Of a DNA stretch of 64,000 nt, positions 19,198 to 29,009 are shown one piece after another. Made by a program: the position numbers and the translations under genes. The notes beneath the pieces are model-generated. The model had not been told where the DNA came from, searched no databases, and saw only the letters and a program-made list of their open reading frames with translations. This stretch comes from an uncultured Acidobacteriota bacterium (GTDB lineage Bacteria > Acidobacteriota > Thermoanaerobaculia > UBA5066 > Gp7-AA6). Location of the stretch: assembly GCA_963738945.1 (NCBI GenBank), contig CAVTYD010000003.1:302114-366113 (forward strand), read 5' to 3'. How positions within the stretch are numbered: position 1 is the first letter of the stretch; each line of letters opens with the position of its first letter.

Positions 19198-20100
19198 TCA
19201 ACGCTCCGTCGCGACGCGAATCAGGCGGCGGACCGCGAAGCGGCGGTACAGCTTCCACAGCGCGAAGCCGAGCAGCAGCCACGGCAGCGCCGCGGCGATC
19301 CCGTAGACGAGGGCGGCGACGGACGAGGCGAGCAGGGGCAGCGCCTTGCCCAGCGCCTCCCGCAGCGGCGAGAGGGCATGGTCGCGAAGCAGGGCCGGCG
19401 GCTCGTGCAGCTCCACCGTGATCGTCGAGAGCGCGAGCTGCCGGTCGAAGTACCGCCGCTCTCCCTCGAGCGCCTCGCGCTCCTCGATGACCCGGGAGAG
19501 CTCCTTCTCGGCCGCGAGCACGTCGGAGAGGCGGGCGGTCCGGCCGCGGAGCAGGTCGCGCAGGCGCCCCTCGGTGTCCTGCTTGGCGGAAAGGCGCGTC
19601 TGGAGGTCCATGTACTCCCGGCCGATGTCCTGCGTATCGACGCTGGCGTTGTCGATGCGGCCCAGGGCCTTCAGGGCGGAGAGCGCGGCGTCGAACCGAT
19701 CGGCCCGCACGCGCAGGGTCAGGGTTCCGCGATCGTGATCTCCCGCCTCGCGCGCGACCTGGGCTCCGGCCAGATAACCGCCCTGTGCGGCCGCGATCGC
19801 CTCGGCCCGAGTCGCCGCGTCGGCGTACCGGGCGACCTCGAGGCTCAGCGTGGCGTTGCGGATGAGCCTTCGACCCGCGTCCATCGCGGCCAGCGGGTCC
19901 GGCTTCGCCTCATCGGCGGCGCCGGTCTTCATCTCTCGCGAGGCCTGCAGCAGGCCCGCCTGCTCCCGACTCACGGAGGCCGCGTACGAAGCGCGGGCGA
20001 ACCCGACAGACCTCTGCGCACGCATCAGGAAGAGGCCGCCCGCGGCGGCGCATACGACGAGAGCGGAGACGATCAGGAGCTTCGGCAGCGGACGCGTCAT
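19198..20100 (-). CDS. DUF4349 domain protein (N- and C-terminal TM, central coiled coil)
   Basis: The architecture and sequence are typical of DUF4349: an N-terminal TM helix, a central coiled coil and a C-terminal TM helix. Confidence 0.6.
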   Translation of the reverse strand: MTRPLPKLLIVSALVVCAAAGGLFLMRAQRSVGFARASYAASVSREQAGLLQASREMKTGAADEAKPDPLAAMDAGRRLIRNATLSLEVARYADAATRAEAIAAAQGGYLAGAQVAREAGDHDRGTLTLRVRADRFDAALSALKALGRIDNASVDTQDIGREYMDLQTRLSAKQDTEGRLRDLLRGRTARLSDVLAAEKELSRVIEEREALEGERRYFDRQLALSTITVELHEPPALLRDHALSPLREALGKALPLLASSVAALVYGIAAALPWLLLGFALWKLYRRFAVRRLIRVATER

Positions 20101-20163
20101 CGGGTCTTCCCTCCGCAGGAAGGGAACCCACGTCCCGCAAAAAGTTCCCGGCGAAGAAGCCGG

Positions 20164-20616
20164 CTAGGGCTTCTCCGCCTTGAGGATGCGCTCGCGCATT
20201 CCCGGCATTCGCGCACGCAGCGCCTGCACGCGCTCGGCCGCCCACGGAGCCATGGTGATCGCCTTCTCGAGGTTTCCGAGCAGCCGCGGCGCCCCGTACT
20301 CCTGGCGCAGCGCCGGCACGTATTCCCCGAGCTTCGCCCAGACGAAGAGCGCCTCTCCGCCGGACTCGAAGAACAGCTCGGGGTGCAGGATCCCGTTCGC
20401 GACGAACGAGGCCGCCATGTCCCAGTAGCCGATGACCATGCGGTAATACGTGTTCTCGGAACCGGCGCCGAGCGCCACCGCCTTCACGTCCTCGAAGGAC
20501 TGAGGAAAGAACTTCGCTCGGAACCACTCGCGCGCAGCCCGCAGTTTTTCCTCGCGGCGCATCTCGTAGAGACGCAGGACCAGATCGGCGTCCTGATAGG
20601 TCGGCGGAATCGGCAT
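20164..20616 (-). CDS. Hypothetical protein (150 aa)
   Basis: An ATG at 20616 is preceded by GGAGG. The upstream ORF extension is R-rich and judged spurious. No family recognised. Confidence 0.45.
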   Translation of the reverse strand: MPIPPTYQDADLVLRLYEMRREEKLRAAREWFRAKFFPQSFEDVKAVALGAGSENTYYRMVIGYWDMAASFVANGILHPELFFESGGEALFVWAKLGEYVPALRQEYGAPRLLGNLEKAITMAPWAAERVQALRARMPGMRERILKAEKP

Positions 20617-20812
20617 CGAAACCTCCTCGGTCGAGGCGAAATCTACCGCAATTCGCGGCCGGCCTGTCTCGCGAGCAGAACGCGGACCGAGTGCGCCTCG
20701 GCACGCGCAACGACGGCGTCCGCGTGCCGGTCGCCGTCGACGTCCACGAGCAGGACGCGGTCGGGCGTCTCGGGAAGGGGCACGCGCGCGAGCAGAAGCG
20801 CGGCGCCGCGTC

Positions 20813-21673
20813 TCAATGCCCGTCCCGGAACACCGCCGCATAGTCCCGGGCGAAGTTCCGGAAGTTGCGCGGTGCGTGCCGGGTCACCTCGGCGACCGCC
20901 GAAGTCACCTGCGCGCCGTATCCGTCTCGAAACGAAGCCGACAGGACGATCATGTCGTCGACGAGCCAGCGCGGGATGCCGTCCGCCATCATCTGCCGGC
21001 GCGTGTACTCCGGCGGCACATGGGCGTAGGTCACCTTCTTGCCGATCGCGTCCGAGATCGCGTCGGCCATCCGGTCGTAGGAAAGCGCCTCGGGCCCCGT
21101 CAGGTCGTAGATCCGCCGGTCGTGGCTCTCCTCCGTCAACGCCGCGACCGCGACATCGGCCACGTCGCGCGTGTCCACGACGGCGATCTCGCCGGCTCCC
21201 ATCGGAGCCGAAAACGAGGCCGTGGCGGCGATCGACGGGGCATAGGCCAGCATCTGCTGCATGTAGAGCGTCGGCCGAAGGAACGTGAACGCGAGGCCCG
21301 ACGCCTCGATCTGCTTTTCGGTCGCCCAGTGCCAGCGCCCGATCTGGGTCCCCGCGTCGGGACCGCCGGCCACCGACACCTTGACGATGCGCCGCGCCCC
21401 GGCGAGACGAGTCGCTTCGAGGGCGTTCGATTGCAGCTCGACCTGGTCCGAAGACACGGCCGTGAGGAGAAAGACGCGCTCGACGCCGGCGAAGACGGGG
21501 GCGAGCGTTTCCGGACGCGAGAGGTCGCCGACGACGACTTCGACGCCCGGGATCCGGATGTGGGAGGCGCGCGTCGGATCGCGAACGAGTGCCCTCACCG
21601 GAGCTCCCCGAGCCGAAAGCTGCCGGACGACCTCCGAACCGACCTTTCCCGTGGCACCTGTCACGAGGATCAC
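20813..21673 (-). CDS. NmrA-family NAD(P)-binding protein (atypical SDR)
   Basis: The N-terminus MILVTGATGKVG is a Rossmann motif and the NmrA-like fold is 286 aa. Confidence 0.75.
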   Translation of the reverse strand: MILVTGATGKVGSEVVRQLSARGAPVRALVRDPTRASHIRIPGVEVVVGDLSRPETLAPVFAGVERVFLLTAVSSDQVELQSNALEATRLAGARRIVKVSVAGGPDAGTQIGRWHWATEKQIEASGLAFTFLRPTLYMQQMLAYAPSIAATASFSAPMGAGEIAVVDTRDVADVAVAALTEESHDRRIYDLTGPEALSYDRMADAISDAIGKKVTYAHVPPEYTRRQMMADGIPRWLVDDMIVLSASFRDGYGAQVTSAVAEVTRHAPRNFRNFARDYAAVFRDGH

Positions 21674-21740
21674 GGCTTCCCTCGATCTAAGGCGTGAGTG
21701 CGAATCGGATCATGGCACATGGGACGCCGGCGCGCTGTGA

Positions 21741-22709
21741 TCAGGGGCGCAGGAGCACCTTGCCCGTGGTCCGGCGTCCTTCGAGAGCGCCGTGGGCGGC
21801 CGCGGCCTCGGCCAGCGGGAACTCGTGCTCGATCCGAAGCTTCAGCCGGCCTTCGCGCACCCAGCCGAGCACCTCGTCCGCCCGGGTGACGAGCTCCTCT
21901 CGGGTCGCGATGTACTGGAAGAGACTCGGGCGCGTCAGAAACAGTGACCCGCCCTGGGCGAGAACCTGGGGATCGAAGGGCGCGACCGTGCCGGACGACT
22001 GGCCGAACAGCACCATCATTCCGCGAGGCGCGAGGCACGCGAATCCCTTCTCGAACGTCGTGCGGCCCACCGAATCGTAGACGGCCGCAACGCCGCGGCC
22101 GTCGGTCCAGCGGCGGACTTCCTCGGGGAAGTCCTGCTTCGTGTAGTCGATCACGGCGTCCGCCCCCGCCTCCCGGGAAAGCTTCGCCTTCTCTTCGCTC
22201 GAAACGGTCGTGATCACGCGCGCGCCGCGCATGCGAGCGACCTGCGTCAGCAGCAGCCCGACGCCCCCGGCGCCCGCGTGCACGAGACATCGATCGCCGG
22301 GCTGGAGCGGATAGGTGGAGCAGGCGAGGAAGTGCGCCGTCATTCCCTGGAGCATCGCCGCCGCGGCCTGGCGCGCGGTCACGCCGTCCGGTATCTCGAC
22401 CAGGCGATCCGCCGGTACGGCCGCGCGCTCCGCGTAGGAACCGATGACGCCCGCCCACGCGACTCGGGCGCCCGGGCGGAGGTTCGCGACGTCGGGGCCC
22501 ACGGATTCGACGGTTCCCGCCCCTTCGCGGCCGAGGGTGGCGGGCAGGCTCAGCGGGTAGAGGCCCGTCCGGTTGTAGACGTCGATGAAGTTGACGCCGG
22601 ATGCCTCGACGCGCACGAGCGCCTCACCGGCCTTCGGCTGCGGCTCCGGGATGTCCTCGTAGCGGAGGACTTCGGGACCGCCCGGGGCGTGGACCCGAAC
22701 CGCTTTCAC
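21741..22709 (-). CDS. NADPH:quinone oxidoreductase (MDR family)
   Basis: The protein begins MKAVRVHAPGGPEVL. It has GAGGVG and the Zn-independent QOR pattern. The GTG start at 22709 overlaps the cytochrome c stop. Confidence 0.75.
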   Translation of the reverse strand: MKAVRVHAPGGPEVLRYEDIPEPQPKAGEALVRVEASGVNFIDVYNRTGLYPLSLPATLGREGAGTVESVGPDVANLRPGARVAWAGVIGSYAERAAVPADRLVEIPDGVTARQAAAAMLQGMTAHFLACSTYPLQPGDRCLVHAGAGGVGLLLTQVARMRGARVITTVSSEEKAKLSREAGADAVIDYTKQDFPEEVRRWTDGRGVAAVYDSVGRTTFEKGFACLAPRGMMVLFGQSSGTVAPFDPQVLAQGGSLFLTRPSLFQYIATREELVTRADEVLGWVREGRLKLRIEHEFPLAEAAAAHGALEGRRTTGKVLLRP

Positions 22710-23707
22710 GACTTCGCGTCCGCCAGAGGGGCGTCGGGAAACGAGTTGATCTTCTTCGGGATGGGTTGGAGGGTCTTCAGGTAGTCGTAGATCGCCCCGA
22801 GATCCTCCCGGGACATCCCGGAAAACCGCACCCAGGGCATGACGGTGTTCTTGCCGGGCGGCGCGACCGGAGCATTCTCGCCCTCGAGCCCCTCGAAGGA
22901 CTTGAACCGGGCGATGAACTCCTCGCGGCTCGCCTGCCCCATGTAGTTCTCGGAATTCGGCGTGAGGTTGGCCGAGACGACGCGGCCCCACGGTCCCGGC
23001 ATCAGCCAGCCGCCCGAGAACTCCATCCCCGCGATCCGCCGCCCCTTGTCGTCGTGGGGCGTGTGGCATTCGCGGCAGCCCGCGATCGTGACCATGTACT
23101 TTCCGTACGCCACGGTATCCGCCGGGCTCGGCGCCGCCACCGGGCCCGCGAGCGGCTTCGGGGCGAACTTGATCAGGAGGTTGACGGGGAAGTCGAGATG
23201 GCGCGGGGCCACCGCGTGATGGATCGGCGGGAGCGTCCGAATGTACGCCACCACGGAGCGCGCGTCCTCGTCGCTCATCTGGTGGAAGTATTCGTACGGC
23301 ATCATCGGAAAGAGCGCCCTTCCGCGGCGGTCGACACCCTCCCGCATCGCCCGGAGGATCTCACCGTCGGTCCAGTCTCCCAGGCCGTACTCCTTGTCCG
23401 CCGTGATGTTCTGCGCCTGAACCAAACCGGGGACGCCGAGGCGGCTGTCGAACGGATACCCGCCCTGTCCGATGGTCCCCGCCTTCAACGGAAGTCCGAA
23501 TCGATCCGCGTGGAAGTCCGAATGGCATCCGACGCAGTCGGCGACGTGCACGACGAGGTACTCGCCGCGCGCGAGCCTTTCGGGGGTGGCCTCGATCTTC
23601 TCGGAGACGGCGGGCCGCTGGGCGGGCGAACGCAGAGCGAGCCACGCGAGGAGACCGCCGGCAGCGACGACGAGCACGGCGAGAGCCCACAAAATGAAAC
23701 GCTTCAA
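22706..23707 (-). CDS. Diheme c-type cytochrome, membrane-anchored/secreted
   Basis: There are two CxxCH motifs (CVGCH, CRECH) and an N-terminal hydrophobic segment. Confidence 0.8.
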   Translation of the reverse strand: MKRFILWALAVLVVAAGGLLAWLALRSPAQRPAVSEKIEATPERLARGEYLVVHVADCVGCHSDFHADRFGLPLKAGTIGQGGYPFDSRLGVPGLVQAQNITADKEYGLGDWTDGEILRAMREGVDRRGRALFPMMPYEYFHQMSDEDARSVVAYIRTLPPIHHAVAPRHLDFPVNLLIKFAPKPLAGPVAAPSPADTVAYGKYMVTIAGCRECHTPHDDKGRRIAGMEFSGGWLMPGPWGRVVSANLTPNSENYMGQASREEFIARFKSFEGLEGENAPVAPPGKNTVMPWVRFSGMSREDLGAIYDYLKTLQPIPKKINSFPDAPLADAKS

Positions 23708-23725
23708 GACGAAACCTCCTCGATC

Positions 23726-24148
23726 TCAGTTTACCGGCTCGTCGGGCGTGACTTCGCCGGTCGGAGAGGGCGACGCATGGTGGTGCACGAGGCGCCATTC
23801 CCCCTCGACGCGGCCGAAGAGATTCGTGGCCTGCATGCGCGCGGCCTCCGAGTCTTCCTCGGCCCCGAACGGCACGATCACCTCGACGCAGGTGACCCAG
23901 GCGAGATCCCCGGCGAGGGCGATGCGGATGTCCTCGCAGGAGACGGCCCAAGGGCGCGAGTTGGCGAAGATGTTCTCCCACGACCGCTCGACCTCGTCCC
24001 ACCCGTCCAGCCGGTGCCAGCCCGGGTGCACGCAGCTGACGGCCGCATCGTGATGCCAGACCGATGCCATGGACGGAAGATCCCGAGCCTCGAGGGCGCG
24101 ATAGAAGGCGAGGTTCGCCGCGGCGACCGCGGTCGCTTCCGGACTCAC
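23726..24148 (-). CDS. NTF2-like / SnoaL-like (DUF4440-type) protein
   Basis: The start is uncertain: a GTG at 24148 or a later ATG. The C-terminal part matches a ketosteroid-isomerase-like fold. Confidence 0.45.
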   Translation of the reverse strand: MSPEATAVAAANLAFYRALEARDLPSMASVWHHDAAVSCVHPGWHRLDGWDEVERSWENIFANSRPWAVSCEDIRIALAGDLAWVTCVEVIVPFGAEEDSEAARMQATNLFGRVEGEWRLVHHHASPSPTGEVTPDEPVN

Positions 24149-24176
24149 GTTCCAACCATATACCGGCCGGGACGCC

Positions 24177-25133
24177 TCAGCTCGCGCGAGCGATCGTCGC
24201 GAACTTCTCGAGATCCACGTTGCCTCCCGAGACGAGCACGGCGGCGATCGTCTCGTGCGGCACGCGGATCTTCCCGGCGAGCAGAGCACCCGTCGCGGCC
24301 GCGCCCGAGCCCTCGGCGAAGAGTTTGGCGCGCGTCGAGAGCATCCGCATCCCTTCGAGGATCTCGTCCTCGGTCACGGTGACGATCTCGTCGACCGCCT
24401 GGCGCGCGATCTCGACGGCGAGCGCGCCGACGAATGGCGGCGTCATGCCGTCGGCGATCGTCGGCGGACGCGGCGCCGGGACGGGCTTGCCCGCGGCGAG
24501 CGCGGGTCCGAGGCCGGGCCCGGCTTCGAGCTCGACGGCGACGATGCGCGCCCGCGGGCAGAGCGCGCGGATCGCCGAGGCGACTCCGGAGAGGAGCCCT
24601 CCGCCTCCGACCGGAACCACGACGAGCCCGAGCTCCGGGAGGTCCTCCGCGATCTCGAGGCCCGCCGTGCCGGCGCCGGCGAGGACCACCGGATCGTCGA
24701 AGGGGTGCACGAACGTCAGACCCCGCTCGTCGCGGACCCGATAGAGGCGGTCGAAGAGCGTCGGCCGATCCGCGTGAAAGACGATCTCGGCGCCGTATCC
24801 GCGAACCGCCTCGATCTTCGACCGGGGCGCATCCTCGGGCATCACCACGACGGCCGCGCAGCGCGCCTCGCGCGCCGCCCAGGCCACGGCCGCGGCATGG
24901 TTGCCGGCCGAGACCGTCACGAGGCCGCGCGAGCGTTCCGAGTCGGAGAGGGAGAGCACCTTGTTCAGGGCGCCGCGCGCCTTGAAGGAGCCGGTCTTCT
25001 GGAAGCTCTCGCACTTCAGATGAAGCCGCACTCGGGCGCGATCCCCGAGCTGCGCGGACGAGAGGAGCGGCGTGCGATGAACGCGTCCGGCGAGCCGCGC
25101 CGCGGCTCCGCGGATCGCGTCCAGCGGGATCAT
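24177..25133 (-). CDS. Threonine/serine dehydratase (PLP-dependent), second paralog in window
   Basis: KTGSFKARGA and VSAGNHA motifs are present. The ATG lies 4 nt after the upstream beta-lactamase-family gene stop. Confidence 0.75.
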   Translation of the reverse strand: MIPLDAIRGAAARLAGRVHRTPLLSSAQLGDRARVRLHLKCESFQKTGSFKARGALNKVLSLSDSERSRGLVTVSAGNHAAAVAWAAREARCAAVVVMPEDAPRSKIEAVRGYGAEIVFHADRPTLFDRLYRVRDERGLTFVHPFDDPVVLAGAGTAGLEIAEDLPELGLVVVPVGGGGLLSGVASAIRALCPRARIVAVELEAGPGLGPALAAGKPVPAPRPPTIADGMTPPFVGALAVEIARQAVDEIVTVTEDEILEGMRMLSTRAKLFAEGSGAAATGALLAGKIRVPHETIAAVLVSGGNVDLEKFATIARAS

Positions 25134-25137
25134 CGGG

Positions 25138-26967
25138 CTACGACGCCCCGAGCGCCTTGAGCCGCTCCTCCGAGTGGACGCGCGCCGCGCCGTTCTGGCC
25201 GACGTTCCCCTGCTTGCCCGCCACCTCGAGACACTTCTTGTACATCGCGATCGCGCCGGCCTTGTCTCCGCTCGCCTCGAGGGCTTCACCGAGGCTGTCG
25301 TAGGTGTTGGCCGAGTCGGGATAGAGCTGCGTGTTGATGCGGAAGGCGGCGACCGCCTTCGCATAGTCCTTCTTCTGGAGGAATTCGTAGCCCATCTGGT
25401 TGAAGCGCGTCTCGGCGACCGCGGGATCGGACGGATTGGCCGTCTTGAGCTTGGCGTAGCCGGCGAGCGCTTCGTCCGACTTGCCGTCGGCGAGCTCCTC
25501 GGACGGGACGAGCGGGGACGGCCCGACCCGCGGGGCGACCTCGGTGGTGGAGTCGCCGGAGACCGTCAGCTGCGCTCCTCCATCCTGGCGCCGGCCGAAG
25601 GTGTACCGCGTCTCCTTGTCGCGCCGCACGAACGACTGTCTCGACACCGGCACGAGCGCGAAGTCCTCGCCGAGAGCCACCTTCACGTCGAGCCCGGCGC
25701 CGGAGGGCGTGACCACGAGCATCGTGTCGCTGCCGATCTTGTAGCGCCCGGCGAAGACCGCGAGCTCTTCCGGCGTCAGCTTCGCCGTCGGAATCGCATC
25801 GATCTGATAGCCCTCCCAGTAATAGGCCGCGGCGATCGCGCGGATGATCTCCGGCATCAGCAGGTACCCCGAGTCGGAGTTGGTCATCACGACCGCGCCG
25901 TATCCCCGGTTTTCGCTCGCGGTCAACTGCGCCTGAAACCCCTCGTCGGCGCCGCCGTGCTCGAAGTACTTCGTCTCGCCCGCGTCGCGAATTCCGAAGC
26001 CGAGCGCGTACCCCTCCTTGCGGGGCGTCACCATGTTCTGGGCCATCGCCTTCGACAGCGGACCCTTTCCTCCGGCGAGCATCTTCTGCATGCCGATGGC
26101 GAAGCGAGCGAGGTCCGATGGCGTCGTCCAGAGTCCCGCCGCCGCCATCTCGGGATAGACGTGGCGCTTCCCGTCGACCGGTTTCCCGCCGGCGCCGTAC
26201 CCCGCCGCCGCCTCGGGCACGAGCGAGGCCGGCAGCGGCTGCTCGAAGGTGCTCTCCTTCATCCCGAGAGGCGCGAGCACGAGCTTGTGCAGAAGCGCCG
26301 GGAACGGCTGTCCCGTCACGTCGGTCATGGCGAGCTGGGCGATCGTGTAACCGCCGCCCGAGTAGCTGTAGTGCGTGCCGGGGTCGGTGTCGACCCGAAC
26401 CGGCGCCGTGTTGGCGGGAGACGCGCCGTCCAGAACCTGAGGGACGGTCGGCACGGGCGCGCCGGCGGCATAGCCCGGAAAGCCATGGACGGTGAGGCCC
26501 GCCGTGTGCGACAGCAGCTCCTCGAGCGTCACGGGCGATTTCGCCGTGTGGTCGTTGGCGGGCACCTTCCAGGACGTGAGGAACGTGTTGATGTCGGCGT
26601 TCAATTTCAGCTTGCCGTCCTCGACCAGAACGAGCGCCGCCATCGCGGAAACGGGCTTGCTGATCGAGCCGGCCTGGAAGAGGGTCGAGGCCGTCACGGG
26701 CTGCTTGCCCTCGACGTCCGCGAGGCCGTAGCCCTTCGCCCATTCGACCTTCGAGTCCCGGATCACCGCGATGCTCACGCCGTTGACGCCGTAGTGCTTC
26801 ATCCTCTCGGCGAGCGTCCAGGTCTTGTCGCCTTCGACGAGGACCGGCGGCCGGAGTCCGTTCTCGACGGCTTCGATGCGCGCGTCGTCGGGTGGCGGGA
26901 CCGCCGCCAGGGAAACTGCGAGCAGCGCGGATGCGGCCGGAAGGAAAAGGACGCGGAGACGTCTCAT
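25138..26967 (-). CDS. Beta-lactamase-family serine hydrolase (class C / esterase-like) with C-terminal TPR domain, secreted
   Basis: The SISK (SxxK) and YSGGG motifs and a signal peptide are present. A GGGAGG ribosome-binding site precedes the ATG at 26967. The C-terminus carries a TPR region. Confidence 0.75.
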   Translation of the reverse strand: MRRLRVLFLPAASALLAVSLAAVPPPDDARIEAVENGLRPPVLVEGDKTWTLAERMKHYGVNGVSIAVIRDSKVEWAKGYGLADVEGKQPVTASTLFQAGSISKPVSAMAALVLVEDGKLKLNADINTFLTSWKVPANDHTAKSPVTLEELLSHTAGLTVHGFPGYAAGAPVPTVPQVLDGASPANTAPVRVDTDPGTHYSYSGGGYTIAQLAMTDVTGQPFPALLHKLVLAPLGMKESTFEQPLPASLVPEAAAGYGAGGKPVDGKRHVYPEMAAAGLWTTPSDLARFAIGMQKMLAGGKGPLSKAMAQNMVTPRKEGYALGFGIRDAGETKYFEHGGADEGFQAQLTASENRGYGAVVMTNSDSGYLLMPEIIRAIAAAYYWEGYQIDAIPTAKLTPEELAVFAGRYKIGSDTMLVVTPSGAGLDVKVALGEDFALVPVSRQSFVRRDKETRYTFGRRQDGGAQLTVSGDSTTEVAPRVGPSPLVPSEELADGKSDEALAGYAKLKTANPSDPAVAETRFNQMGYEFLQKKDYAKAVAAFRINTQLYPDSANTYDSLGEALEASGDKAGAIAMYKKCLEVAGKQGNVGQNGAARVHSEERLKALGAS

Positions 26968-27026
26968 GAAGCGACCTCCCATCGAACTCGCGGGATACTA
27001 CCGAAAAGACGCCCGAGACCGCGACA

Positions 27027-27779
27027 TCAGGGGTCGCCGAGGTCCGCGACGACCGGAGCGTGGTCGCTCGTGCCGACCTCGGCCCGAACCACGCACGCGG
27101 CGGCCCGCCGGGCCAGGGACTCGCTCGCCAGGATGTAGTCGATCCGCCAGCCGATGTTGCGCTGCCGGAGGTTGCGCCACGGAGCCCACCAGGTGAAGAG
27201 GTCCGCGTTCTCCGGATCCATGGACCGGCCGAGGTCCACGAGCCCGTGGGCCAGGATTCTCTCGAAAAGCGCGCGCTCGTCGTCGCGCTGACCGATCGCG
27301 CCGGCCTTTCTCTCCTTCGGATGAACGTCCTGATCCGTCCGGGCCACGTTGAGGTCCCCGCACAGGAGCACCTCGCGGCCCGCCTCGCGGCACTCTCGCG
27401 CGAAACCCTCGAGGGACTCCAGGAAGCGGAGCTTCGCGGGGTAGTCCTTGCCTCCGTTCGGCACGTAGATCGAGGCGACCGTGACGCCGGCGACGTCGGC
27501 GGCCACGATCCGCGTCTCGTGGTCGAATTCCGGATGGCGGAAGGCGGGCCGCTCGGAGCAGAGCTCTTTTCGGACGTGCAGCGCGACGCCGGAGTACCCG
27601 CCCGCGCCGTGCCAGTAGCACCAGTAACCCTCGGACTCGAAGAGCATCGCCGGGATCTGGTCCGGCTTCGCCTTGATCTCCTGGAGACAGACCGCATCGG
27701 GACGGTCGCGGGCAATCCACTCCCGGACCTGGGACTCGCGCGCGCGAATCCCGTTGACGTTCCAGGTCGCGACCCTCAT
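27027..27779 (-). CDS. xthA: Exodeoxyribonuclease III
   Basis: The N-terminus MRVATWNVNG and the C-terminal SDHAP mark an EEP-fold AP endonuclease. Confidence 0.85.
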   Translation of the reverse strand: MRVATWNVNGIRARESQVREWIARDRPDAVCLQEIKAKPDQIPAMLFESEGYWCYWHGAGGYSGVALHVRKELCSERPAFRHPEFDHETRIVAADVAGVTVASIYVPNGGKDYPAKLRFLESLEGFARECREAGREVLLCGDLNVARTDQDVHPKERKAGAIGQRDDERALFERILAHGLVDLGRSMDPENADLFTWWAPWRNLRQRNIGWRIDYILASESLARRAAACVVRAEVGTSDHAPVVADLGDP

Positions 27780-28048
27780 CGCGGGCGGGCGGGCTCGGGT
27801 TCGGGCTCGGAGGCGAGCCGCTCGAGCAGCTCCGTCCGCGCGGTCTCGAGCGCAGCTTTGCGGGCGGCGTTCTCCGTCTTGCGGAGGAGGTCCTCGATTC
27901 GGGCGAGCGAGAGCTCGAGGCCCCGGCGACGGGTGAGCTTCTCGGCGAGCGCCCGCGACGGCCGCGCCGCCGCTTTGTCCGCCGCCTCGCTCGCGTGCTC
28001 CTTCTCGGCTCCCAGGTCCTCCTCGCTCTTACCCCAGCCCCGTGCCAC
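27776..28048 (-). CDS. Small charged helical hypothetical protein (90 aa), translationally coupled to xthA
   Basis: The stop overlaps the xthA ATG (ATGA). The only start is a GTG directly abutting an AGGAGG, which is poor spacing. It could be a spurious ORF. Confidence 0.35.
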   Translation of the reverse strand: MARGWGKSEEDLGAEKEHASEAADKAAARPSRALAEKLTRRRGLELSLARIEDLLRKTENAARKAALETARTELLERLASEPEPEPARPR

Positions 28049-28204
28049 CTCCTAAACCTACCACCCGGAGGCCCGCAGGGCGAAGCCGGGGCCGGAGTCA
28101 GGCGGAAGCATCGTCCCTCCGCCGCGGGGGCGGCGATCCGGGGACGGGCCGCGGCGCCGCCGCGGGCGCCCGTTCCCGAGGCCCTTTCGGATCGGACTCC
28201 GCGG

Positions 28205-28831
28205 CTAGTCCGCCAGGCCCGCGACGAACTCCGCCGCGGCCGCGATCGCCTCTTCGACGTTCTGCTTCTCGGTGCGCCCGGAGCTCGCCGGCGGCTTGAG
28301 GGAATGGTCGCCGGCCTCGATCCAGTGGATGCGAATGGCCGGCGAAAGCCGGTACTCCGCCACGTCCTCGCGGGTGCCGAAGGCATCCCGGGTGCCCTGA
28401 ACGAAGAGGGCGGGCGTACGCAGCTCGGCGAGGTGCGCCGTCCGAAGTCGAGCCCGGTCTCCGGGCGGATGGAACGGATAGCCGAGACACACGAGGCCGC
28501 GGGCTCCGACCTCGTCCGCGATCATGCTCGCGATTCGGCCCCCCATGGATTTCCCTCCGACGACGACCCTCCGTCCGCCGCCGAGGCGCTCGACGATCTG
28601 TTTCCACCGCTCCCGCAGCACGGGTTCCCGGTCCGGCGCGCCGCGCTTTCCCTCCGCGCGCCGCCGCGCCATGTAGGGAAACTCGAAGCGCGCGACGCGA
28701 AGCCCGCGGGAGGCGAGCCCCGCGCTCACACGGTTCATGAAGCCGGAGTCCATGGGCGCGCCCGCGCCGTGGGCGAGGACGACGGTGAGATCTGCATCGC
28801 TCGGGCCGTCGAACAGAATGTCGTCAGACAC
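28205..28831 (-). CDS. Alpha/beta-hydrolase (KANL3/Tex30-like dienelactone-hydrolase type)
   Basis: The protein is 208 aa. A GKSMGG nucleophile elbow is present, with a HGAGAPMDS N-terminal region. Confidence 0.65.
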   Translation of the reverse strand: MSDDILFDGPSDADLTVVLAHGAGAPMDSGFMNRVSAGLASRGLRVARFEFPYMARRRAEGKRGAPDREPVLRERWKQIVERLGGGRRVVVGGKSMGGRIASMIADEVGARGLVCLGYPFHPPGDRARLRTAHLAELRTPALFVQGTRDAFGTREDVAEYRLSPAIRIHWIEAGDHSLKPPASSGRTEKQNVEEAIAAAAEFVAGLAD

Positions 28832-29009
28832 GGAAGCCGGCTCCCGGAAGTCTCCGCCGATTCGTTAGCGCGAGCTAAAGGACGGCGACTTCGCTTCGAC
28901 GCATCCTACTCTGGGCGCCGACTCGGTTTCCCTGGTCCTCCTCGGTGCCGGCGGTCCCCCTGGGCCGCCGGCCCTTTTCGGCCGGCGCGATCGCGCTCGT
29001 CGATGGCGG

